64,000 bases of DNA from Candidatus Hydrogenedentota bacterium (GTDB lineage: Bacteria > Hydrogenedentota > Hydrogenedentia > Hydrogenedentales > SLHB01), in NCBI GenBank assembly GCA_963745075.1, contig CAVUWV010000012.1, forward strand, positions 170,380 to 234,379, written 5' to 3'. Under the pieces are notes generated by a model. That model saw nothing but the letters and a program-made list of their open reading frames with translations, had not been told where the DNA came from and ran no database searches. Positions 7,887 to 16,823 of the stretch are shown here, one piece after another (position 1 is the stretch's first letter; each line of letters begins with the position of its first letter). A program made the translations under genes and the position numbers.

Positions 7887-10766
7887 ATGGTGAGCTGCAG
7901 GGGTGAATTGTGTGGGCGCATCCGCGAGCGTGCCCAGCTTAAACGTATGCTGGCCTCCGTGTTGGGCGGTCATGGGCAGGTAATCCTGTTGTCGGGAGAA
8001 CCCGGCGTCGGGAAGACCCGCTTGGCCGTAGCGGCCCTCAACGAGAGCGGATTCAAAGTCTATTTGGGACGGGCCATCGAGCGAGCTACTGCACCGTACG
8101 GTCCGATCGCCGGCGCGTTGCGGGACTGTCTACGCCAAACCGGCGGGACCGTCGACGACTGCGGCCCGCTCGGCAAGTACCTGGGTATTCTGTTGCCCGA
8201 ATTGGGTCCCATGGCTCCGGACGAAGCGGACGCGACTCTGTTGGTGGAAGCTATTACGTCGGCATTGGCGGCGAAGGCAAAATCGGAGCCAACGGCCCTG
8301 CTGCTCGATGACCTGCACTGGGCCGACGAATCCACCGTGGACCTTCTCCCAATCCTCGCGGAGCGACTGCAAAGCGAACGCATAGCCATCATTGGCACGT
8401 ACCGCGACGAGGACATTGGGCGCGGCCATCCGATTCGACGGCTGAAAGGCGAATTACTTCGTCTTCGGATGCTGCGTGAACTTCCGGTGGAGCCGCTAAC
8501 GGTAGATGAGACGGCCGATGTCCTGGAGACACTACTCGGAGGGACAATCAGCGACGGCTTGCGCGACATGGTGTTTGCCCATACGCAAGGTCTCCCCCTT
8601 TTCATTGAGGAAGTCGCTGAGACCCTGAAAGCGGGAGAGCATATCCGGCAGGGAGCGCGCGGTCTCGAACCAATATCAGATACGCAAATCCCCATCCCCG
8701 AATCGATTCGGGATTTGGTTGCGATGCGGTTGGACGGATTGACCGAAGAGGCACGGGCGCAACTCAACATGGCCGCCGTTATTGGCGACGAATTTGACAT
8801 CGATCTGGTCCGCGACCTGGTTGGCACGGATGCGGGATTAAACGAACTCATGACCGCGCGGTTCATCACCGAATCTCGAGCGGGTATGGCCGTCTTTCGG
8901 CATACCCTGACCCGCGACGCGGTGTTGGACGAATTACCGTGGTCTGAGCGTAGAGATCTGCACCGCAAGGTCGCGGAGCGGTTGGAAGGTCGCGGGGCGT
9001 CCCCCGAACGTTTGGCAATTCACTGGCTGGCAGCGGGCGACTCGGAACGTGCTCGTCAGTCTTTCCACGCGGCTGCCGACCGGTCGTGCGCTGTGTATGC
9101 TTATCGCGACGCGGTCCGAAACTTCGAGCGTGCCTTGGAGATTTGGCCGGTGGAGCACGAGGAGGAAGCGCGGTCGGCCGCACTCGAGCGCCACGCGCAG
9201 TGCGCACAAACGGCCGGTTTGCTCGACGAGGCGGTTCGGGCCTGGGAGCGTCTGGCGCAAAGTTCGGCCGTTCGGAACGACCCCCGTCGCCGCGGCGAAA
9301 CCCTCCGTGCGTTAGCGACCGTACACGATCTCCGCGGTGCAAATCTGCAATCGATCGAGGCCCGAGATCAGTCCTGGCGCGCGTTTGACGAAGCCGGTAT
9401 GTGTGGCGAGGCCGCGGTTGAGCTACTCGCGAAAACCGAACGGTTCATCATTAACGCGCAGCCGAGCGCCGCAAGCGAGGTCGGGTTGGAAGCCTTGCGA
9501 TTTGCGGAACGATCCGAACGACCCGAGCTAGCTGCGCGTGCCAAGGGTACCCTCGCCTACGCCCAGGCCATGCTGGGACAAATTGACAGGGCCCGCGAAC
9601 TCGCCCACGATGCGTTGAACTCGGCGCTGCGATTGAACTCCCCGAACCTCATTGCTGAGGCGTACCGCCAGACGGCGGGCGTGGCCGAATACAGTTCTGA
9701 TTTTGGAAAGGCCTCCGAGGCCTACACGACGGCCCGTGACTATTGCCGGGAGCAAGGCGAGGGAGTCCATACCAACCTCTGCATGGGATGTATGTCGTAT
9801 GTCTTCTTTCGCGCTGGAAAATGGCGTCAAAGCCTGGACCTTTGCCGTGAGATCCTGCGAATTCCGGACGGACTTCCGTATCCCAGTGGGGTTGCAAAAG
9901 GTGTCAAGGGCATGATCCAAGTCTTTCGCGGTGAATTGAAGCCCGCGAAGAAGCTGGTCGTCGAGTCCAGGCGCGAAGTCCATGAAGTGGGAGGTGTTCT
10001 TGGGGAACTCCTCGCGCTGTGGTCGATTGCCTTGGCGCATGAGCACGGAGGCGACTCCGCCGAAGCCACGGAGGCCTACCATCAGTTCATACGGATGTGG
10101 GAACGGATCGAGGACTACCACGAAGCAATCCCGGGGCTATGCTCGGCGGCTTCCTTCTTTGCGGAACAAAACGCCGCGGCCGAGGTGGCGCTGTGCGCGA
10201 ACGCCCTTTCTTCCATCGCGACCAAGTCCGGCAACCCCGAAGCGCTTGCAGGCTTGGCCTTCGCGCTAGGGGAACGGGCATTACTGGAGGGGGACGCACG
10301 CGCGAGTGCCGACCATTTCCTGCAGGCCGCCGCGCAGTTCGCGCCACTCGAGGTCCCCGTCGAATGGGCTCGCGCGGAATGGCGCGCCGGTGTGGCCCTG
10401 GCTGCAGCGGGAGACTCTGACGGTGCGGCAACGCACCTGCGCGACGCTTATCGGCGGCTTCGACGCCTCGGCGCACGGGCCCTCTCGTCTCAGGTCGCGC
10501 GTCATCTTACCGAACTGGGTGAACCGGTCGAGGCACGGCGAAATTATCGAAGGATCGAGACCGTCACCCTCACCAAACGCCAGCAAGACGTGGCCCGGCT
10601 CCTCGCCGAAGGTCTGACAAACAAGGAGATCGCCCAGAGACTTTTCGTCAGTCCCCGCACGGTGGACATGCACGTCGCCCACATCCTCGACCGCCTGGAC
10701 TGCCGCAGTCGAACGGAGGCCGCGCGAAAGATTGCCGACCTCGATCTTGAGCCCGCATCCGGTTGA
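7887..10766 (+). CDS. Large ATP-binding LuxR-family (LAL/MalT-like) regulator: ATPase, TPR-like helices, LuxR HTH
   Basis: GEPGVGKT Walker A, LLLDDLHWAD, GLPLFIEE, C-terminal LTKRQQDV...NKEIAQRLFVSPRTVDMHV; start uncertain (7776-7947). Confidence 0.9.
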   Translation: MVSCRGELCGRIRERAQLKRMLASVLGGHGQVILLSGEPGVGKTRLAVAALNESGFKVYLGRAIERATAPYGPIAGALRDCLRQTGGTVDDCGPLGKYLGILLPELGPMAPDEADATLLVEAITSALAAKAKSEPTALLLDDLHWADESTVDLLPILAERLQSERIAIIGTYRDEDIGRGHPIRRLKGELLRLRMLRELPVEPLTVDETADVLETLLGGTISDGLRDMVFAHTQGLPLFIEEVAETLKAGEHIRQGARGLEPISDTQIPIPESIRDLVAMRLDGLTEEARAQLNMAAVIGDEFDIDLVRDLVGTDAGLNELMTARFITESRAGMAVFRHTLTRDAVLDELPWSERRDLHRKVAERLEGRGASPERLAIHWLAAGDSERARQSFHAAADRSCAVYAYRDAVRNFERALEIWPVEHEEEARSAALERHAQCAQTAGLLDEAVRAWERLAQSSAVRNDPRRRGETLRALATVHDLRGANLQSIEARDQSWRAFDEAGMCGEAAVELLAKTERFIINAQPSAASEVGLEALRFAERSERPELAARAKGTLAYAQAMLGQIDRARELAHDALNSALRLNSPNLIAEAYRQTAGVAEYSSDFGKASEAYTTARDYCREQGEGVHTNLCMGCMSYVFFRAGKWRQSLDLCREILRIPDGLPYPSGVAKGVKGMIQVFRGELKPAKKLVVESRREVHEVGGVLGELLALWSIALAHEHGGDSAEATEAYHQFIRMWERIEDYHEAIPGLCSAASFFAEQNAAAEVALCANALSSIATKSGNPEALAGLAFALGERALLEGDARASADHFLQAAAQFAPLEVPVEWARAEWRAGVALAAAGDSDGAATHLRDAYRRLRRLGARALSSQVARHLTELGEPVEARRNYRRIETVTLTKRQQDVARLLAEGLTNKEIAQRLFVSPRTVDMHVAHILDRLDCRSRTEAARKIADLDLEPASG

Positions 10767-10892
10767 GGTCACCCGCAACCACTGCCCTCATTCCCGCGAA
10801 CGCGGGAATCCATCTTTAAATTCTCTTGGTAGATTTAACTCATTTTGTGAAAGCATCTTATGCCGGTATCGCCTATCGACAGGCCAACACAT

Positions 10893-10927
10893 TACGGTAG
10901 TCCCGTCCCCGCAAATACGGTAATCCT
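10893..10927 (+). promoter_or_regulatory. Direct repeat, candidate binding site for the adjacent LuxR regulator
   Basis: TACGGTAGTCCC (10893) and TACGGTAATCCT (10916). Confidence 0.5.
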
Positions 10928-11053
10928 ACGATTGTTGGAACATCGAAAGGCCGGTAAAGTTCAGTCATCAAGCGTCGCGGTAACGTGTCCGCACGGGACC
11001 CAGTGGCTATCTGCAAGGTGGAAACTCGTCTCACGACGGCAAGGAGAAGGATC

Positions 11054-12130
11054 ATGGAAGCAATCGTACTGGATCGCGAAAAAGTGCAAGCATTTGAAGG
11101 CAAATTGGTCGACATGATGAACCTCGGCGCGTTAGGGCTGATGACGTCGATAGGCCATCGTACGGGGCTGTTTGACATGATGGCCACCTTGCCGCCGTCC
11201 ACGTCGCATGAAATAGCGGAAGCAACCCGGCTGAACGAACGGTACGTTCGCGAATGGCTCGGCGCCATGTACACGGGTGGCGTGGTCGAATACGACAAGG
11301 ATGCCGAGATGTACTGGTTGCCGCGCGAACACTCGGCTTTCCTCACGCGTGACGCGGCGTCCGACAATCTCGCCGCCTTGTGCCAGTACTTTGGTCAGCT
11401 CGGGGCCGTCGAAGATGACGTGGTGGAATGTTTCAAGGACGGCGGCGGCGTGCCCTATGAGAAATACCAGCGGTTCCACGAAATCATGGCCGAGGACAGC
11501 GGCCAAAGCGTGTTGCCTGCGTTGCTCGATCGCATCATCCCCCTCGTGCCCGGGCTGAAAGAACGGCTGTTCGAGGGCATCGATGTGCTCGACGTGGGCT
11601 GCGGTGTCGGTTTGGCGCTGATCCTCATGGCCCGGACTTTCCCCAACAGCCGTTTTGCTGGATACGACTTCTCCAAAGAGGCCATCACCAAAGCCCGTGC
11701 TGAAGCAGCGCGGCATGGTCTTACCAACATCCAATTTGAAGTGCAGGATGCCGCGACCATCGACGAAGCGGATGCCTACGACTTCATCACGACGTTCGAT
11801 GCCATCCACGACCAGGCCAAGCCCGCCGTCGTGCTGGCGAATATCCACCGCGCCTTGCGCCAAGACGGCGTTTATCTCATGCAGGACATTCGGGCCTGCA
11901 GCCACGTCCACGGCAACACGGACCACCCCATCGGACCGCTCCTGTACACCATCTCGTGCATGCACTGCATGACCGTTTCGCTGGCTTACGGTGGGGAAGG
12001 GTTGGGGACCATGTGGGGCGAGGAACTCGCCGTGCAAATGCTCCGCGACGCGGGGTTCCCATCCGTCCGCATCGAACAACTTGAGCACGACATCCAGAAC
12101 CAGTACTACATCAACCGGAAGAGCGCGTAG
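11054..12130 (+). CDS. Winged-helix plus class I SAM methyltransferase (Rv2258c-like)
   Basis: ERYVREWL, VLDVGCGVG, FDAIHD, CMTVSLA, GLGTMWGEE; RBS AAGGAG. Confidence 0.88.
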   Translation: MEAIVLDREKVQAFEGKLVDMMNLGALGLMTSIGHRTGLFDMMATLPPSTSHEIAEATRLNERYVREWLGAMYTGGVVEYDKDAEMYWLPREHSAFLTRDAASDNLAALCQYFGQLGAVEDDVVECFKDGGGVPYEKYQRFHEIMAEDSGQSVLPALLDRIIPLVPGLKERLFEGIDVLDVGCGVGLALILMARTFPNSRFAGYDFSKEAITKARAEAARHGLTNIQFEVQDAATIDEADAYDFITTFDAIHDQAKPAVVLANIHRALRQDGVYLMQDIRACSHVHGNTDHPIGPLLYTISCMHCMTVSLAYGGEGLGTMWGEELAVQMLRDAGFPSVRIEQLEHDIQNQYYINRKSA

Positions 12131-12200
12131 ACTCTAGCCAATCACCCTCGCGCGTCGCAGGAAGCGGCGCGCGGGGCGCCGTTCATACCGTCCATTATCC

Positions 12201-13577
12201 TCACGCGATCGGCGGAATCCCCACGAAGCTGTCTTCCCAATTCGTCAATGCGATGGCCAGCGCGTTGGCTTGGCTGGGTAGGGCGGTCATCATGTTGGCC
12301 TGCTCCGGCAAGTCAGAATCCAGGTCGAAAAGCGACGTCGAATCAGTCGTTATCAGGAGCTTCCAGGCGCCCTGACGCACCGCCTTCTGGGGATTTTTGC
12401 CTTGCGTCCGCCAAAATAGCGTCCGGTCGTTAAGCGGCTTGTTCGCCGTGAGTAGGGGCACGAGGCTGACCCCGTCCGAAGGAATTCGGCTCCACGCCTT
12501 CCGGGCGCCCAACTCCGCAAGCGTGGGGAAAATATCCATCGTGATCGCGGTCTGATTGGTTACCCCGGGCCCTATGGTGCCCGGCCAGGACGCGATCGCG
12601 GGGACCCGTTGGCCTCCCTCCAGCAACGTGCCCTTCTGACCCGACAGCGGCGCGTTGGAACCGGGACTCACCGCTCCGTTGTCCGAGCAGAAAAAGATCA
12701 ACGTGTCGTTCAGGTGCCCGCCGCGGTCGAGTGCCGCCACGATCTGGCCCACGCTGTCGTCCAATGCTTCCACCATCTCGCGATAGACAGCCGCGGCGTC
12801 CTTCGGCACGTGCCGGTCGGTGTCGGTCGTCCCCTCCACGCGAATCGGCGGGTCGTTCGGGCCCTGATAGGGATAGTGGGGCGCTTCGTGGGCAACGTAC
12901 AGGCAGAACGGCGCATCGCCCTGCCCCTCGATGAAATTCACCGCGTGTTTCGTGATCAGGGTGGTCGTGTAACCCTTTTCCCGTAGCGGCTTGTCATTTT
13001 CCCACCAATCGTAAACGCCCGAATTGTCGATGTGAGATTCGTAATCGACGTTGCCGCTGAGATACCCGTAAAACGTCGCGAACCCCTGGTGTGTCGGCCG
13101 GTACTGCTCCCCGTATCCCAGGTGCCATTTGCCCACCATGCCGGTCGCGTACCCGCTTTCCTGCAACATCTCCGCAAACGTGACCGCTTTCGGCGAGAGC
13201 CCCGGTTTGTCCCGGTGGTCCTTCGGGGTCAGGACCCCTTCGATGCCCCACCGCTGCGGATAGAACCCCGTCAGCAGCGACGCCCGTGTCGGGCTGCATA
13301 CGGCGCCATTGGAATGAAAATCCGTGAACCGCAGGCCACCCGCCGCCAACGCGTCGATATGCGGCGTGGCAATCTCCGTATTGCCATAACACCCGAGGTC
13401 CCCATAGCCCAGATCGTCGGCCAGAATGATGACCACGTTCGGCGCCTGCGGCCGCACGACCGGAGCCGCCACAGCCGGTGCCTGCTGCCGCCCGGCCGGA
13501 GCCGCCACACCCGATGCCGCACACCATGCTCCCGCGCCGCTCAGCCCAGCGACGCGCAAAAACTCGCGCCGGTCCAT
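12201..13577 (-). CDS. Tat-exported sulfatase (formylglycine-dependent)
   Basis: DRREFL Tat motif; ADDLGYGD, CSPTRAS (CxPxR), GKWHLG, SDNG. Confidence 0.92.
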   Translation of the reverse strand: MDRREFLRVAGLSGAGAWCAASGVAAPAGRQQAPAVAAPVVRPQAPNVVIILADDLGYGDLGCYGNTEIATPHIDALAAGGLRFTDFHSNGAVCSPTRASLLTGFYPQRWGIEGVLTPKDHRDKPGLSPKAVTFAEMLQESGYATGMVGKWHLGYGEQYRPTHQGFATFYGYLSGNVDYESHIDNSGVYDWWENDKPLREKGYTTTLITKHAVNFIEGQGDAPFCLYVAHEAPHYPYQGPNDPPIRVEGTTDTDRHVPKDAAAVYREMVEALDDSVGQIVAALDRGGHLNDTLIFFCSDNGAVSPGSNAPLSGQKGTLLEGGQRVPAIASWPGTIGPGVTNQTAITMDIFPTLAELGARKAWSRIPSDGVSLVPLLTANKPLNDRTLFWRTQGKNPQKAVRQGAWKLLITTDSTSLFDLDSDLPEQANMMTALPSQANALAIALTNWEDSFVGIPPIA

Positions 13578-13724
13578 ACTCGCACCCCCTCTATGTGCAA
13601 ACCATCATAGCAGATTGCGGTCAGGCGTTTACCTGGAACGATGCGCGGCGCTCTGTGGTCGGCACATTTCCAATGGCATAAGCGGTGCTTGCCACAACTA
13701 TGAATTCACTCGTGTCTGATCCCC

Positions 13725-13880
13725 TATGGAGTGCGGCCGCTTGCGGCTGCTTTTCGTTGACGTATCGCGAAAAAATTAGTTCACCAACTTGCGTAACTTG
13801 AGTGGTTAGGCCGTACTGCGTCAAAACACGCCGCAGGCAAGCCTGCTCTGCGAAAAGCAGCCGCGAGCGGCCGCACTCCA
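13725..13880. repeat. REP doublet / MITE-like element, family A, copy 1
   Basis: tggagtgcggccgcttgcggctgcttttc and its inverted copy at 13852-13880 (1 mismatch). Confidence 0.8.
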
Positions 13881-13894
13881 CAGGGCAACCTCAC

Positions 13895-14554
13895 CTACGG
13901 GTAAAGTTCTGGAGTCGGCGGCGGAGGCGGCTCGCCCACATGGAGAAATGCACGACCGGAATCGCGCTTCGCCAAACGCTCGGCGAGCGCGTCACGGTAC
14001 GAATGCGGAAGCCGCCCGGGGAAGGCAGCGTCGAAGTCGAAGAAGAATGCCTCGCGGTCGCCGGGGGCGACATAAAGCCTCAATGTGCTAACGCCAGGCA
14101 CGACGTTTGCGTGCAGGCGTATGGTTAGAATCGGTCCTGTCGCAGCGATGCTTCGAACCCCGTCGGGACGAATGACGTAGGGCATGGGTACAGGCTGGTT
14201 GTAGCCGCGCGATCGGTGATAAAGCACGAAAAGAAGAAGCCAAACCATTAAGACGGCCAGGAACAACATTACGGCGGCCAGTTTTCCGATGTCGGTGAGT
14301 TTCATTGCAATGAGCATGACGGTCACAAACGCAGCACTTCCGAACTGCACCCTACGGGAAATGCTGACGTGAAGGTCTCCTGAGAGAGCCATGTCTCCCT
14401 CGGATAAAAAGCGAACCCACCCCGCCCCCTCAAGCGATCGATCGGAATCAGCCGTCAAGGCCCAAATCTGCGGTTTAACACGGCGCCCTTCGATACGGTG
14501 CCGGACGCGTCCGGTTCGCCAGGATTCCACGTTCCACGGACATTCATCGTTCAT
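13895..14554 (-). CDS. Hypothetical membrane protein, paralogue of the upstream gene
   Basis: ATGA overlap with upstream stop; 2 TM; C-terminal FFFDFDAAFPGRLPHSYRDAL. Confidence 0.7.
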   Translation of the reverse strand: MNDECPWNVESWRTGRVRHRIEGRRVKPQIWALTADSDRSLEGAGWVRFLSEGDMALSGDLHVSISRRVQFGSAAFVTVMLIAMKLTDIGKLAAVMLFLAVLMVWLLLFVLYHRSRGYNQPVPMPYVIRPDGVRSIAATGPILTIRLHANVVPGVSTLRLYVAPGDREAFFFDFDAAFPGRLPHSYRDALAERLAKRDSGRAFLHVGEPPPPPTPELYP

Positions 14555-15390
14555 GAGACACACCCTTCTCGATCTTGTAGCGCGTCCCGATATGTGCGGG
14601 GCAACATTTTCGGAAAAGTGTGATCGAATGCGCCGAAGAACTCATGCCGATAGTTCGGTGGGACGAAGATATACACGGTGGACAAGCCCCGCAACACGCT
14701 GCCACGCAGTTTCAGACGCACGAAGGGTCCAAAACACCGCAGCTTGCGGATGTCCTGCGCCCGAATCCGAACTACGGCATCGGTCCGGAGTTTGTCACAG
14801 TAGAATCGATAGTAGAGGAATATCGATAAGTTGGCGACACCAAACACTACGGCCAAGGCAAGGGCTCTTATTGCGACATCGTCCGAGAATCGAGCCCCCA
14901 GATACCATCCAACGGGGATCAACGGGAGCGATGCCATGTTGTATAGCGGATGAACGATATGGATCACGCCCTTTATCGACAACGTATCGTTGTCGAAGAA
15001 AGCCGTCGCTCTTCCTTGAAGACCTACCGAAAGTCCCACCGGTACGAGGACGATCTTGATGTCCCGAGTCGAGTCGCTACCTGCACTGGTTTCCCGAAGG
15101 ATATGTGCACGGCGCAATTCGGAGATCTTGGACATCCGTTTCAGTGCGCGCCATGCCGCATAGCAGATCGCAATCCCGATCGCTAACATAAGGTATGGGC
15201 TTATAGGAGCACGAGGATAAACATCGGCGGCGATAATTTCCTGTAGACTCGGAAGCAAGAATGCAAGCGATAGGCAGCCAAGTACGCAGGCCAGCAACAA
15301 CCACAAAAACGCCACGAGACAGTTCCCCGTGTACGCCGATCCTATTGCTTCTTCATCCCATGGCGGGATGTTCTCGGCCGACGCTCTCAT
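14551..15390 (-). CDS. Hypothetical membrane protein
   Basis: About 4 hydrophobic segments; C-terminal FFGAFDHTFPKMLPRTYRDAL. Confidence 0.7.
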   Translation of the reverse strand: MRASAENIPPWDEEAIGSAYTGNCLVAFLWLLLACVLGCLSLAFLLPSLQEIIAADVYPRAPISPYLMLAIGIAICYAAWRALKRMSKISELRRAHILRETSAGSDSTRDIKIVLVPVGLSVGLQGRATAFFDNDTLSIKGVIHIVHPLYNMASLPLIPVGWYLGARFSDDVAIRALALAVVFGVANLSIFLYYRFYCDKLRTDAVVRIRAQDIRKLRCFGPFVRLKLRGSVLRGLSTVYIFVPPNYRHEFFGAFDHTFPKMLPRTYRDALQDREGCVS

Positions 15391-15410
15391 CGACTCACCC
15401 CTAATCTAAT

Positions 15411-15439
15411 ATAGTATCGTAGCGCAAAAATATATGCAA
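15411..15439 (-). promoter_or_regulatory. sigma70-type promoter for the paralogue pair
   Basis: Minus strand TTGCAT-17 bp-TACTAT. Confidence 0.55.
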
Positions 15440-15539
15440 GTCTAGTTCCATTCACAACTGCTCCTAAAGACCAAACCGAGGCACTACCGCTAGGGACTGC
15501 TCTTTCCAAAATGGCACGACGGCACCATTGCTTGATTTC

Positions 15540-16700
15540 TCAGTCAAACAGCGCCTCGAATTGCCGCGTGTACCGCTCGGCGACGGCGGGGGAGTGGATG
15601 ATGAGGACGTTCTCGTCGTTGCTTTCTTCGGCGTTGTTGCTGAAATTGTAACTACCCGTCACGACGGTATCTGTGTCGATGATGATGACCTTGTTGTGCA
15701 TCGTGTAGGGGTTCTCGTCCATGTGGATGATCGCCCCTTGGCGGGACAGAAAATCGTCGTCCGCGTAACGCGATCCGGCGTTTCGCGTCTCGAAGATACC
15801 GCGCACCGCAACGCCGTCGTGGATGCGCTTGGCCATGGCCTCCGCGATATCGTCAGACGTAAACGAGAACGCCATGAAGTCGATGGTCCGGTGCGCGTCC
15901 TCGATTTCGTCGATTAGTTCCCTGCGCACATTGTCTTCGGGCGCAAAGTACGTCTCAAAGGTAACGCGGTCCACCACGACCACGGGATAGGCCGTGCCGC
16001 GCGGCGATCTCGGTCCGAAACGGTGGTCGGCGAACATCTCGCCGAATTCGGCGGTAAAATTGGACGCCAACTCGGGCGACGCCACCACGATCGCGTTGTT
16101 GTCGTTGCGAAACATACCGTTTTCGGTAATGTTCGTGGACCCGGTCCACACGCGTTGGCCGTCGACGACGCAGAACTTGTCATGCATAAAGGCGCTACGG
16201 CTGTCGAATACGACGGGGATACCCGCGTCGATACACGCTCGAGTCGCGTCACGCCCTTCATAATCCGAATCCGATACGACCTTCACCGCCAACCCGGCCC
16301 GGTGCTTCTCGATGAGCACCTGCGCGGCGTCCATCCATTCCAGTTCGTAAAACGCACAGAAGATACTCTTCTTCCCGCTGCTGACGAACGCGAGGAACCG
16401 ATCGTCAATTCCATTGGTGTCGACATGTGACGCGGGAGCGAAGTATATGGAGATGTGTTCCGAGACGCGCCCGTCATTGGGCACATTTTGCGTCTCTCGC
16501 GCGCGTTCCAGCAGGTGACCAGTCCGCGCCATCACGGCGTCGCGGACCGACCCCGCCGTTTCGCTGAATTCCTTGCTGAGCTGCCGCAGGTCGACACCCG
16601 ACCGTGCCACCACGATCCCCGCCAGGACCAGCGCCACGACAAACGCAAACGCGACCATCCGCTTCCGTGGCCGGCCTCTCTTTTTGCGTCGCTTGCTCAC
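15540..16700 (-). CDS. Membrane-anchored phospholipase D / Nuc-like protein with two HKD motifs
   Basis: HDKFCVVD...TGSTN and HNKVIIID...TGSYN; basic N-terminus plus TM. Confidence 0.9.
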   Translation of the reverse strand: MSKRRKKRGRPRKRMVAFAFVVALVLAGIVVARSGVDLRQLSKEFSETAGSVRDAVMARTGHLLERARETQNVPNDGRVSEHISIYFAPASHVDTNGIDDRFLAFVSSGKKSIFCAFYELEWMDAAQVLIEKHRAGLAVKVVSDSDYEGRDATRACIDAGIPVVFDSRSAFMHDKFCVVDGQRVWTGSTNITENGMFRNDNNAIVVASPELASNFTAEFGEMFADHRFGPRSPRGTAYPVVVVDRVTFETYFAPEDNVRRELIDEIEDAHRTIDFMAFSFTSDDIAEAMAKRIHDGVAVRGIFETRNAGSRYADDDFLSRQGAIIHMDENPYTMHNKVIIIDTDTVVTGSYNFSNNAEESNDENVLIIHSPAVAERYTRQFEALFD

Positions 16701-16823
16701 CGGGTTACTTCAGGCTGGAGGTTTGAAGACAGCCGGACACCGTCTATCTGGAAACCGTCTTTGTTGTCCTTGATGTCCCTGCTGTCCCTCGGCAAACGTG
16801 CTGAACCTCCCGTAATCTCGCGG

